A DNA stretch of 64,000 nucleotides, taken from a virus. Lineage: Duplodnaviria; Caudoviricetes. Position 1 is the stretch's first letter, and the number at the start of each line of letters is the position of its first letter. The notes under the pieces are model-generated. The model saw nothing but the letters and a program-made list of their open reading frames with translations, was not told where the DNA came from and did no database searches. A program made the position numbers and the translations under genes. The stretch spans positions 16,313 to 80,312 of IMG/VR virus record IMGVR_UViG_2788500073_000001; one strand, given 5' to 3'. This document shows, one piece after another, positions 56,007 to 64,000 of the stretch.

Positions 56007-56764
56007 TCTCCTTTCGCAATCAGAGATACGCCTTCCACCAAGCGAAACTCCAGCACTAACCTGCGATTCGTCTGAGCGGCATTTAATGGATAGCAGGTGT
56101 AAAAGAACAACCTGCCGTCATCCGTGCCCGTTTTTCCCCAGGTGGAGGAAAGCAGATACCATCCGCTGTCCATCAGGATGTCGCTCTCTAACTCTCCGTT
56201 GTTATACAGGTAGCGTTTTTCGAGTTCTTCAGGCGGAAAGTACACGGCTTGTTGCACCACGGATGCCAGTTCACGACCGACATATTCATAAATAAAGGTC
56301 CCATCGTCCGTAACGATCGTGACGGTATCGCCTTCTTTCGCTTGAGCAAAGAGCTTACCAGATTGGTAGTTGTGATCAGAAATAGCCACATGGCCGGCAA
56401 GATCCCCCGGGAGGCTGGCATTGCAGGACATAGAGGCACAACCTTCTGCATCCACATACTCCTGCGCCTGCGTCCAGTAAAGCTCCAGCTCTACTCCCAA
56501 ATCGTCTGATGAAAGGGCGCCGACATAGGTATACTGTTCCGGCCACTCCAGCGGCTTTTCAGCAGTGATTTTGGGAGTCCCATCATCTTCTTTCCTTGCT
56601 TCGCCTTGAGAGCCTTGTAGGGGCATTGCTGTGGCGCTGTGAGCATCCGGTGGTGAGAGAGATACTTTCTCATTCAGCGGAGCCTCGGCATTAACTGGCT
56701 GCTCTATACAAAGAAGCGTTAATGGTGCGAGTAGCAATGCTAAGATAACGGCATTCAGGTTCAT
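56003..56764 (-). CDS. sortase-like protein
   Basis: Signal/TM, 'AISDHN', 'FFYTCYP', 'NRRLV' give the His-Cys-Arg triad pattern. Confidence 0.68.
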   Translation of the reverse strand: MNLNAVILALLLAPLTLLCIEQPVNAEAPLNEKVSLSPPDAHSATAMPLQGSQGEARKEDDGTPKITAEKPLEWPEQYTYVGALSSDDLGVELELYWTQAQEYVDAEGCASMSCNASLPGDLAGHVAISDHNYQSGKLFAQAKEGDTVTIVTDDGTFIYEYVGRELASVVQQAVYFPPEELEKRYLYNNGELESDILMDSGWYLLSSTWGKTGTDDGRLFFYTCYPLNAAQTNRRLVLEFRLVEGVSLIAKGE

Positions 56765-56800
56765 ATAGGCGAATCCTCCTTTATTTGTCCTTCAATAGGT

Positions 56801-56831
56801 ATATAGTAAAAAAAATCAAAAAAACGACCAA
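56801..56831 (-). promoter_or_regulatory. class II element promoter (copy 5)
   Basis: TTGGTCGT-N15-TACTATA. Confidence 0.65.
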
Positions 56832-56872
56832 AAAGAAAAAGCCTCCCCGAAGGGAGGCTTTCGAAGTAATGG

Positions 56873-59239
56873 TTATGGGAGAAGCCCCTGTTCGCGGGCA
56901 GCTTCCCGAAGGCGCTTTTGCAGCAGGGTATTCCGTTTGCTGGTGTCCTCTTTACGGATCGCCATGCGGATAGCCGCGGTCTGGCCAAACAGGCAGACAA
57001 TTTCCTTGCCGCGGGTAACTCCGGTATAGAGCAGGTTACGGCGAAGCATATAGACCTGGGACCAGAGTACCGGCATAAATACCGCCTTGAACTCAGAACC
57101 CTGGCTCCTATGCACCGTAATGGCATATCCGAGCTGCACATTGTCCATCTCATCCGCGTAGTAATCGACGATATTTCCTTCATCAAAGTCGAATTCAATG
57201 CCGACAATAAAGGAGTTTTCCTGTTCAGGATCCCGGTGGATCTGCCGGATTACACCCATATCGCCGTTATTTGCCTTCTCTGTGTTCTTTGACTGGATCA
57301 CGCGATCCCCCACATAATAGGTTCTGCTTCCAATGGTGACTTTTGGAACATCTTCACGGCCGCCGAAAATCCGCTCCTGGATGCTGCGGTTGATCTCACC
57401 AGCCGAAGCCAGGACGGTTTCCCGCCGCGGGCAGAGGATCTCAACTTCCTTGAGACCGTATTTTTTTACGGCTCGGAGATAGCAGCTGATCATCCGCTCC
57501 TGAGCCATCCTGTCACCTTCAGGGTCTACCTTCAGGTTTTCGGGAAGCCCCTTGGCCTTGGGCATCTTAGTGAACGGGGTAGGGAAGAATGCGAACTCCG
57601 ACATGCTGGTTTCCAGTTTCACATCGCCGGTTCGGATTTTCTGAGCGTTTTTGACGATCAGGCTGGTTTTCCCCTGCCGGTAGATGACGTCCAGCCGGAC
57701 AACGGGGATCACGCCGGATTCGATCATGTCTTTGAGGACGGCGCCGGCACCGACGGAAGGAAGCTGGTCAATATCACCGATGCACACAAATTGTGCGTCC
57801 AGCGGGATCTGCGATACCAGCTTTGCCATAATGGCCATATCGGTCATGGATGATTCGTCCATAAACACAATCCCGACATCCTCTGTCAGCAGACTTTCCT
57901 CAGAATGATCGTACTCGCCGTCTTCCAATGGACGCAGGCCCAGGCCTTTGTGGATGGTGTACGCCGGTTCGCCCGAGGATTCCGCCATCCGGCGGGCTGC
58001 TTTTCCCGTAGGCGAAAGCAGCAGGACTTCTGGTGGGTCTTCCTCATCATCCTTATAGTTCTCCCACACATTCCTTTTGTAAAGATAAAGGAGGAACCGA
58101 AGGATCGTTGTTTTGCCTGTACCGGGGCCGCCGGTGATCACGCACACCTTATTGGTAAGGGCTGTCCTGACCGCCTCGATTTGCTTTGGTGCCAGCTGAA
58201 TGCCGAATTTTTCTTCGGCCTCTGTGATCTTGTCTTCCAGCGTCTCGGCCGCAAACTGCCGGCGCCGGTCGAGAGGCCGCTTGAGCAGCCTGACCAGCTT
58301 GCTGGCTACCAATGTCTCATTGTGGTAATCCGGATAACGGTAGACGGCAGCGGAATCATCCATCTGGCCGTCAATGACGACCTCTTTGTTGAATTCCATG
58401 ACCTGCAGCTCCGTATCCACCTTTTCATCCGGCACCCTGTTGTCCTCCAGCGCCCGGCTGTTCAGCAGCGTTAGTGTCTCCTGGATCAGATTGCCTCGTT
58501 CCAGGAACAGATGTCCCGAAGAGTTGGCGTCTTTGAGCACGGTGCTGATGGCTGCCTGAATGCGGAGCGGGGAATCCAGCGGGGTGCCCAACTGCGCCGC
58601 AATGGCGTCGGTGGTGGCAAACCCGAATCCGTGGATCTTCATGAGTTTGAAGGGCTCCGCCTGGATAACCTCCAGGGTATTGACCGGGAATTCCTTTTGG
58701 ATTTTCTTAATCTTGCTCAAGCTCACATCATAGCGCGAGAAGAACAGAACCAATTCCTGCAATTCCCGTGTGTTCTTTACACTCTCAATAATACAGGCAA
58801 GCGTCGATTTTCCGATGCCTTTGACCTCCCGCAACCGGTCGGTTTCCTTGGTTACGACCTCAATGGACTGCTTTCCGAATGTCTTATAGATGTTCTCAGC
58901 GGTTTTGGGGCCGATCCCTTTATACAGGCCGGAGGACAGGTATTTGATAATTCCCTCTTTGCTGGATGGCGGCTCCTCAAAGAACGATTGGACCTGAAAA
59001 GCGTAGCCGTCCCGGTTTTTGTTTTTTACCCAGCGCCCGGTCAGGCGGGTGATCAGGGTTTCATTTTCCGGGAGGAAATCGCCTTTGGCCACAAAGGTTT
59101 TGTCCGTCTGAACCTGAGCGGGGGCGTCGTCATCTGCATCCACCAGGGAATACAGGGAGATCCGGTACTGTTGATCATTTCCCCACAGACGGCGCTTAAA
59201 GCGTCCTTTGATTGTTGTGACCTGTCTAACAGTTTCCAT
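56873..59239 (-). CDS. recD2: RecD2 (TraA-like) SF1B helicase
   Basis: HhH KGIGPKTA, TGGPGTGKT, SPTGKAA, DESSM, GDIDQLPSVGAG, HRSQGSEF, YTGVTR. Confidence 0.92.
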   Translation of the reverse strand: METVRQVTTIKGRFKRRLWGNDQQYRISLYSLVDADDDAPAQVQTDKTFVAKGDFLPENETLITRLTGRWVKNKNRDGYAFQVQSFFEEPPSSKEGIIKYLSSGLYKGIGPKTAENIYKTFGKQSIEVVTKETDRLREVKGIGKSTLACIIESVKNTRELQELVLFFSRYDVSLSKIKKIQKEFPVNTLEVIQAEPFKLMKIHGFGFATTDAIAAQLGTPLDSPLRIQAAISTVLKDANSSGHLFLERGNLIQETLTLLNSRALEDNRVPDEKVDTELQVMEFNKEVVIDGQMDDSAAVYRYPDYHNETLVASKLVRLLKRPLDRRRQFAAETLEDKITEAEEKFGIQLAPKQIEAVRTALTNKVCVITGGPGTGKTTILRFLLYLYKRNVWENYKDDEEDPPEVLLLSPTGKAARRMAESSGEPAYTIHKGLGLRPLEDGEYDHSEESLLTEDVGIVFMDESSMTDMAIMAKLVSQIPLDAQFVCIGDIDQLPSVGAGAVLKDMIESGVIPVVRLDVIYRQGKTSLIVKNAQKIRTGDVKLETSMSEFAFFPTPFTKMPKAKGLPENLKVDPEGDRMAQERMISCYLRAVKKYGLKEVEILCPRRETVLASAGEINRSIQERIFGGREDVPKVTIGSRTYYVGDRVIQSKNTEKANNGDMGVIRQIHRDPEQENSFIVGIEFDFDEGNIVDYYADEMDNVQLGYAITVHRSQGSEFKAVFMPVLWSQVYMLRRNLLYTGVTRGKEIVCLFGQTAAIRMAIRKEDTSKRNTLLQKRLREAAREQGLLP

Positions 59240-59240
59240 G

Positions 59241-60380
59241 TTATGCACCTCTCTTGCGGCGGGTCTTGGCCTTTTTTGCCTTACTGCGCACATTGAACGT
59301 CCGGCTGACGGAGGTTGTGATGTACGCCTCGTCAATCAGCATCTGATAGACCTCTGGATGCTCCTTTTGAAGGCGCTCCATATTTTCGGCCGACAGGGTT
59401 TTGCGCTCTGTGCTGCTGAAACCGGCTTTGTAGGAAAGATAAATGCTGTCCAACTCGCCGCTCTGATACCGATCGCCAAGCATATTGACCAGAGGAAGCT
59501 CAATGCTGTCCCGCTGGGCCTCCTTACTCTTGATTATCGCATTCAGCTCACTGATCTCCTGCCGGACAGCGATCGACTGCCGCAGGATCTCGGCCATGTG
59601 GACGGGGAACTTCAGCACATTCCCATCATTTCTTGCTGTCTTTCCGTAATGCCGGATCAATGCCTTTTTAAATTCGGACGCATGAGGCCCCAGCGCCTGG
59701 GAAGGAGGGATCTGTTTGAGAACATGTTCCTCCCAGAAGTCCTTCACAACCAGGGGAATGGTCTCCTCGTCCTCTTCCGTCAACTCACAAAGGTGGTAGG
59801 TCAGATCTGTGCTCAGGTTATTTCCCCCACAGCTGTAACCGATGATGCAGTGCTTGAGACCTCGCACCAGCATTCCAAATTTGCTCTGGGCGACATGCGC
59901 CGGATCCGGCTGCTCCCGATACTCCATATACTTGGAGAAGGAGGTAGTCTTTGCCTCAAACAGGACCATCTCATTTTTCTGAAGCTCCGTCCCGCAAATA
60001 ACGCGGTCTTCCTTCATCAGGAAAAGGCCGTCAATGTCCGCACGCATATAAGGGTAGAGAGTGCTCTCCACCATGCGCTTATCCCGGATGGGGACGGCGC
60101 CGATCTCACGGCCGATGGTTTCCAGCATGACCGGCTCCAAAGCGTGGCCAATATCGAAGCGGTATTTGGTTTCCAGGGAGACTTCCTCAGAAACCTTTTC
60201 CGGATCGACCTTATCCTCATAGATGTCTACTGGGGTTTTGAACCCGGACAGGCCGACAATAGCAGGGTAATCGGAAGCACAAACGGCGAGTTTGCGTTCT
60301 TTCAGCCATACTCCCCGAGGGATTTTTTCGGTGTCTTCCAGAATTACTGTGAAAGGATATGTTGTTTTCTTCTTTGCCAT
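59241..60380 (-). CDS. YqaJ-like viral recombinase/exonuclease
   Basis: WLKERK...ASD, GHALEP, ADIDG, FEAKT. Confidence 0.85.
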   Translation of the reverse strand: MAKKKTTYPFTVILEDTEKIPRGVWLKERKLAVCASDYPAIVGLSGFKTPVDIYEDKVDPEKVSEEVSLETKYRFDIGHALEPVMLETIGREIGAVPIRDKRMVESTLYPYMRADIDGLFLMKEDRVICGTELQKNEMVLFEAKTTSFSKYMEYREQPDPAHVAQSKFGMLVRGLKHCIIGYSCGGNNLSTDLTYHLCELTEEDEETIPLVVKDFWEEHVLKQIPPSQALGPHASEFKKALIRHYGKTARNDGNVLKFPVHMAEILRQSIAVRQEISELNAIIKSKEAQRDSIELPLVNMLGDRYQSGELDSIYLSYKAGFSSTERKTLSAENMERLQKEHPEVYQMLIDEAYITTSVSRTFNVRSKAKKAKTRRKRGA

Positions 60381-60413
60381 AGGAAATCCTCCTTGATAAA
60401 CAAAGAAGGGTGT

Positions 60414-61607
60414 TTACACACCCTTCCGTCCAATGTACTTATCATTATAGGTATACTGCCCGGGCAGATCGTGACCGGCGAAATCAAACTTGAGGGCGCG
60501 GGCGAATCTCTCGCGATATTCCGCCAGTTCCTTCGGGTTTTCGCTTTCTCCCATGAGAAGGGAAAGCACTTCGCTGAGGGAGGAGTACACATCATACGCT
60601 GTCTGCGGCCTTTCTCCCCAAATGATCTTCCGGTTTTCAAATACGGGAGCTCCGTATTTGGCCGGGATCTTCAGAAATTTGAGCATGGCCAGCAGCGCAG
60701 TCGCCGGATGGTCCAGTACCGTTTCCACCAGTTTCCTGATGCACTCGCCGGAATCCTGAAAACGCTTGTCGATCAGCCGCAGCGACTTCTCGAATTCTTC
60801 CAGGCTGGTATTCCCGTTGTGCTCCAGCTTCAGCGGCATACAGTAGTTCAGGCCATAGCGGTCATCCGTCAGGCGCATTTGAGGCGAAATTGTGATCGCC
60901 TTGCGCCCGTTGTCGGAAGTGCTGATGCAAACCGACTGCTCATAGGTCAGATCCCGTGAGGCGGCATCGAAGGGGATCTCTACCTTGCACTCCCCCAGCT
61001 GCCAGGTGGCGCTGGTATAGCTGTGCGTGTAGTTACCCTTCACAAATTTTGCAGGCTTTTCACATGCAAAATACGATGCTGCTGCTTCCATCAGATCTTC
61101 GGCGGGGATAAGGTTGTATTTCCTCCCCAGGATCGCTTCAACCTTGCCGTTGTTGAAGATCAAAAGCCCTTCACCTGGGGTGAAATCCGCATAGTCATTG
61201 AGATGCGCTGCCAGGATCTCCGGCGGCAGTGCGTTCAGCGCATCACCGGAGATCCGCAGGCGGTCGTAAATGGACGCCAGGGCGGTATCCCGCAGCATAA
61301 AGGTTTGACCATTGGCTCTCAGAAAGATTTTGGTGCCGTTTGCGATGCTGTCATAGGCAAGCGTCTGCAGTACCTCGTCGTTCTCAAACCTCTCCTTCGC
61401 TTCTTCTGCGGTCGGCATTGCCCTGAAAATCAGGTTTTTGATCTTGACTGTGCCGGTGGAGCGGGCGGCGCCCAGCACCTTTGTCGCTGCCAAGAAGGCG
61501 CTTTCATCGTTGGTTTCGTAACAGAACCTGTCCTGATATGCTTTTGCAAACCGGGATTCTGTCTCGGTGATCGCGCAGGAATTCACCATTGTCATTGTCG
61601 TAGCCAT
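60414..61607 (-). CDS. hypothetical protein (DUF932-like)
   Basis: 'STSDNGRKAITI', 'LEH', 'TAYDVY' loosely match DUF932-type proteins; first gene after repeat copy 8. Confidence 0.5.
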   Translation of the reverse strand: MATTMTMVNSCAITETESRFAKAYQDRFCYETNDESAFLAATKVLGAARSTGTVKIKNLIFRAMPTAEEAKERFENDEVLQTLAYDSIANGTKIFLRANGQTFMLRDTALASIYDRLRISGDALNALPPEILAAHLNDYADFTPGEGLLIFNNGKVEAILGRKYNLIPAEDLMEAAASYFACEKPAKFVKGNYTHSYTSATWQLGECKVEIPFDAASRDLTYEQSVCISTSDNGRKAITISPQMRLTDDRYGLNYCMPLKLEHNGNTSLEEFEKSLRLIDKRFQDSGECIRKLVETVLDHPATALLAMLKFLKIPAKYGAPVFENRKIIWGERPQTAYDVYSSLSEVLSLLMGESENPKELAEYRERFARALKFDFAGHDLPGQYTYNDKYIGRKGV

Positions 61608-61694
61608 AGAATGTTCCTCCTGTTGTTCGTTTCTGGTTAATTTTCGTTTCTCTATGTAAAAAGGCGGCCTCCCTCGACCAAAGGGAAGCTAACC

Positions 61695-61867
61695 TTGAAT
61701 TGGCAATAAAAAAGGCACGGTCGCGCCCAGAAGGGCGCAATCGTGCCGTTAGGTTTCACACCGGCCAGCTGTCAGCATGAACAGGAGGCCTTACTTTACT
61801 GCCTCGGTGGGCAGCGGATACTTTCATGGAATACCTGAAGTATATGCCGCTTTTTGTATCGTGTCAA
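61695..61867 (-). promoter_or_regulatory. dispersed promoter-leader-terminator repeat, copy 8
   Basis: Same cassette upstream of the recombination operon. Confidence 0.92.
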
Positions 61868-61953
61868 CTACCTAACTGATTTTTCTGGCTTACCTTTATT
61901 AAAAAGAAAAAGCCCCGCCGAAGCGGAGCTTTTGTCAGGAAAATACCGGCTTT

Positions 61954-62169
61954 TTACAGCCCAATTTGATTTTGGAATACATCCTCCCAGGTGAAGGTGT
62001 CACCGTCCCAGCGAAAACCATCCACTGCAAAAGGGATCACATCCCGGTATCCACCACAAAGCAAATGGCGGGCATCCGACCGATAGTCATCTTCCGTCGT
62101 TGTTGCCACCCATGGAAGGCCGTTAAAATCCCGCCCATTGGCTTCACGATATGCCAGAAAATATCTCAC
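61954..62169 (-). CDS. small hypothetical protein
   Basis: GTGA overlap with the upstream gene; RBS AAGGAG. Confidence 0.55.
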   Translation of the reverse strand: MRYFLAYREANGRDFNGLPWVATTTEDDYRSDARHLLCGGYRDVIPFAVDGFRWDGDTFTWEDVFQNQIGL

Positions 62170-63125
62170 GACGCCATCGCTCCTTCCTCCAGGATCGCAC
62201 GAACGAGGGCATTCAGACAGTCCCATACTTTTTCGGAACACCGGCCACCTTTAGCCTTCCAAAAGCGGAGATCCCCGCACCGCCCGTCTTTGACCGTGAT
62301 GCTGATCAATTTCTCATTGATCCAACCCTGGGTCTTGATGGGAGTAGGGATATTATACCGCCGGAGGAGGCAGTTGACAAGTACCGTGCTGCTGCGGTCG
62401 TACTGGCTGCGGTAGAATACCACAGGCTCATTCGAGATTGTACCGCCATTTTTGACCGCCAAGATTGCGTTGGAGATCTGCTCTTCGGCCTTGGCGTTCA
62501 TCCCTTCACAAAACAGCTTTTCCTCTTCGGCCGCTTTCCGGCGGCGTTCTTCCTCTGCTTTCCGGCGCTTTTCTCGATGCTTCTGAGCAAGGACCGTGCA
62601 GGTAGGGAGATCGTCCAAAACAGCTGCCCCAATAAAATCGGGGAACGAATCTCCATCGTTTTCCTTAGCACGAAGGTAGGTATCGACCTTATCATCCAGC
62701 ATCGCTTTGATGTAGGCGGCTTGCCGGACAGGATCTTCGCCGCAGCGGGTGATTTCCTCCTGTTCCCGGGCAATCATCTCGCGGATGAGATCATCCGCAT
62801 TCTCCTTTGTGCGAAGATCGCCAAAGCGCCTCTGGCGCTCCTCTTTCCCACCATAGAGATTTTGGACGGCAGCCGGGAAGCCGCAGCTGTCAATCATTTG
62901 GAATTCCGTTATCCGCAGCGGCGCTAGATAATCGCCCACCTCTACATGGAGAAGATAGGTGTCGTTTTGGGCGCGGGGATATTCCACATCCGGCTTCCCG
63001 GCTCCCTGCCAGAGACGGTAGGTGCTGGTTCCGTCAGAAACCTCCCTCACCAGGGCCGCACGCATCTTATGTCCATCTTTATTAAACATGCCGTTATAGA
63101 AAAGTGGCATCATCAGTTTACTCAT
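62166..63125 (-). CDS. hypothetical protein
   Basis: RBS AAGGAG before ATG 63125. Confidence 0.7.
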   Translation of the reverse strand: MSKLMMPLFYNGMFNKDGHKMRAALVREVSDGTSTYRLWQGAGKPDVEYPRAQNDTYLLHVEVGDYLAPLRITEFQMIDSCGFPAAVQNLYGGKEERQRRFGDLRTKENADDLIREMIAREQEEITRCGEDPVRQAAYIKAMLDDKVDTYLRAKENDGDSFPDFIGAAVLDDLPTCTVLAQKHREKRRKAEEERRRKAAEEEKLFCEGMNAKAEEQISNAILAVKNGGTISNEPVVFYRSQYDRSSTVLVNCLLRRYNIPTPIKTQGWINEKLISITVKDGRCGDLRFWKAKGGRCSEKVWDCLNALVRAILEEGAMAS

Positions 63126-63169
63126 AAAAAATTCTCCTTTTTTATACGCGCATTGTTGTTTTGTGCGCA

Positions 63170-63601
63170 CTAGTCGGCTTCAACATTTCGATTTGGAAAA
63201 CACTGAGCGAAAATCTTGTGGAACCGGTCGCTGGCTTCCGGCTCCAGGGGCCCTTTCAGCGATGCCATGGACCACTGTACCAATTCCTCTTCAGGAATAT
63301 AATACTTGGGTTCATGAAAGCAACCGCCGCTATACCTGGGCGCGCTGTGGTTGAAGATGTTCTTGGTCAAGTCTGCCTTCGTAGTGGCTGCCTTGATGAA
63401 CTGGATCTTCCTTTCACAGATAGGGAGCAGCAAGGCCTCAATAAAACCTCGTTCCTCATATCCTCCCATCAGTCTCCACAACCGTTCCAAGGCCGCCATA
63501 CGCAGGTCAGACAGTGCCTGTTCTTTTTCATCAGCCGGGGAGAGTCTCAGCTCATCCACCATCGCCGTTTTAATGAGATCCCAGCAAGGACGGTTCAACA
63601 T
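63170..63601 (-). CDS. hypothetical protein
   Basis: RBS GGAGGGAG. Confidence 0.65.
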   Translation of the reverse strand: MLNRPCWDLIKTAMVDELRLSPADEKEQALSDLRMAALERLWRLMGGYEERGFIEALLLPICERKIQFIKAATTKADLTKNIFNHSAPRYSGGCFHEPKYYIPEEELVQWSMASLKGPLEPEASDRFHKIFAQCFPNRNVEAD

Positions 63602-63613
63602 TTTGCTCCCTCC

Positions 63614-64000
63614 TCACTGTACGAACAGGTCAAGATGCCTGCTCACAAAGTCCATCGCATAGTAGCAGAACAGATTTCCCAGGCAGGAGATCTTGAGGTA
63701 GTCTTCCCTCTGGGTGCCCAGCGTTTTGATGGTCGCAAAAGGAAGCATCTTTTTCTTTCCCCCGTGTGTATAAGTTCCCAGGAGCCTGATGTCGCAATAA
63801 ATTCCTTCATTGCATCCGAATGTGGTCGTAGCGACCACATCGAACCCACAGTCGGTCAGAGTTTCCACGTCCCAGTAGATGGAATCCGGCGAGAAATAAT
63901 CGACCAGCCGGCTAAGCTGCTCCCACAGGGGGTCCGCTTCTACCAGCTTCCTGGTTTCGTTGTAAAACTGCTCTATGGTGATATTCTTCTTGGTACTCAT
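63614..64000 (-). CDS. hypothetical protein (start at the window edge)
   Basis: ORF track; operon spacing. Confidence 0.6.
   Translation of the reverse strand: MSTKKNITIEQFYNETRKLVEADPLWEQLSRLVDYFSPDSIYWDVETLTDCGFDVVATTTFGCNEGIYCDIRLLGTYTHGGKKKMLPFATIKTLGTQREDYLKISCLGNLFCYYAMDFVSRHLDLFVQ

Larger units (their letters stand above)
2055..64000. mobile_element. large tRNA-integrated element (ICE- or phage-plasmid-like), other end beyond the window
   Basis: int/xis next to tRNA; partition, replication, recombination and TA genes, almost all on the minus strand; no host housekeeping context after 2055. Confidence 0.88.

Noticed and set aside
13166-61867. Dispersed repeats as a CRISPR array, IS/MITE ends or REP elements
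   Set aside because: Copies are kilobases apart, have no spacer array, cas genes, terminal inverted repeats or visible target duplications, and always sit in one orientation upstream of operons with a promoter.

Overview
Firmicutes (probably Oscillospiraceae/Ruminococcaceae-like) chromosome. The first ~2 kb is host core: gpmI (partial), a small membrane protein, a broken tRNA-fMet copy and an intact tRNA-fMet. From ~2055 to the window end lies one large integrative element inserted at that tRNA; its far end is outside the window. It encodes a tyrosine integrase and Xis, a divergent HTH switch, ParM/ParR partition, a beta-clamp homologue, a Toprim primase-like protein, SSBs, a DarB-like SNF2 protein, AAA+/VWA, UvrD, RecD2/YqaJ, its own sigma factor, SpoVT and TA genes. 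A mostly opposite-strand cargo block carries an ECF sigma/anti-sigma pair, an ImmA/Zn-finger/sigma-like module, a CHAP hydrolase, a holin and a surface protein. No virion or T4SS genes are recognisable in the window. The most striking signal is non-coding. (1) Eight dispersed ~170-bp copies of a cassette (sigmaA promoter, structured covarying leader with a possible pseudoknot, intrinsic terminator) head the DNA-metabolism/establishment operons. (2) A ninth copy of the same promoter drives a ~490-nt structured non-coding region with segments complementary to the leaders. (3) A second promoter class (GGTCGT-N15-TACTAT) occurs five times. (4) Two further ~0.5-kb structured non-coding regions are present, one with tRNA-like modules. 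All product calls are by-eye motif recognition; no database searches or folding programs were run.
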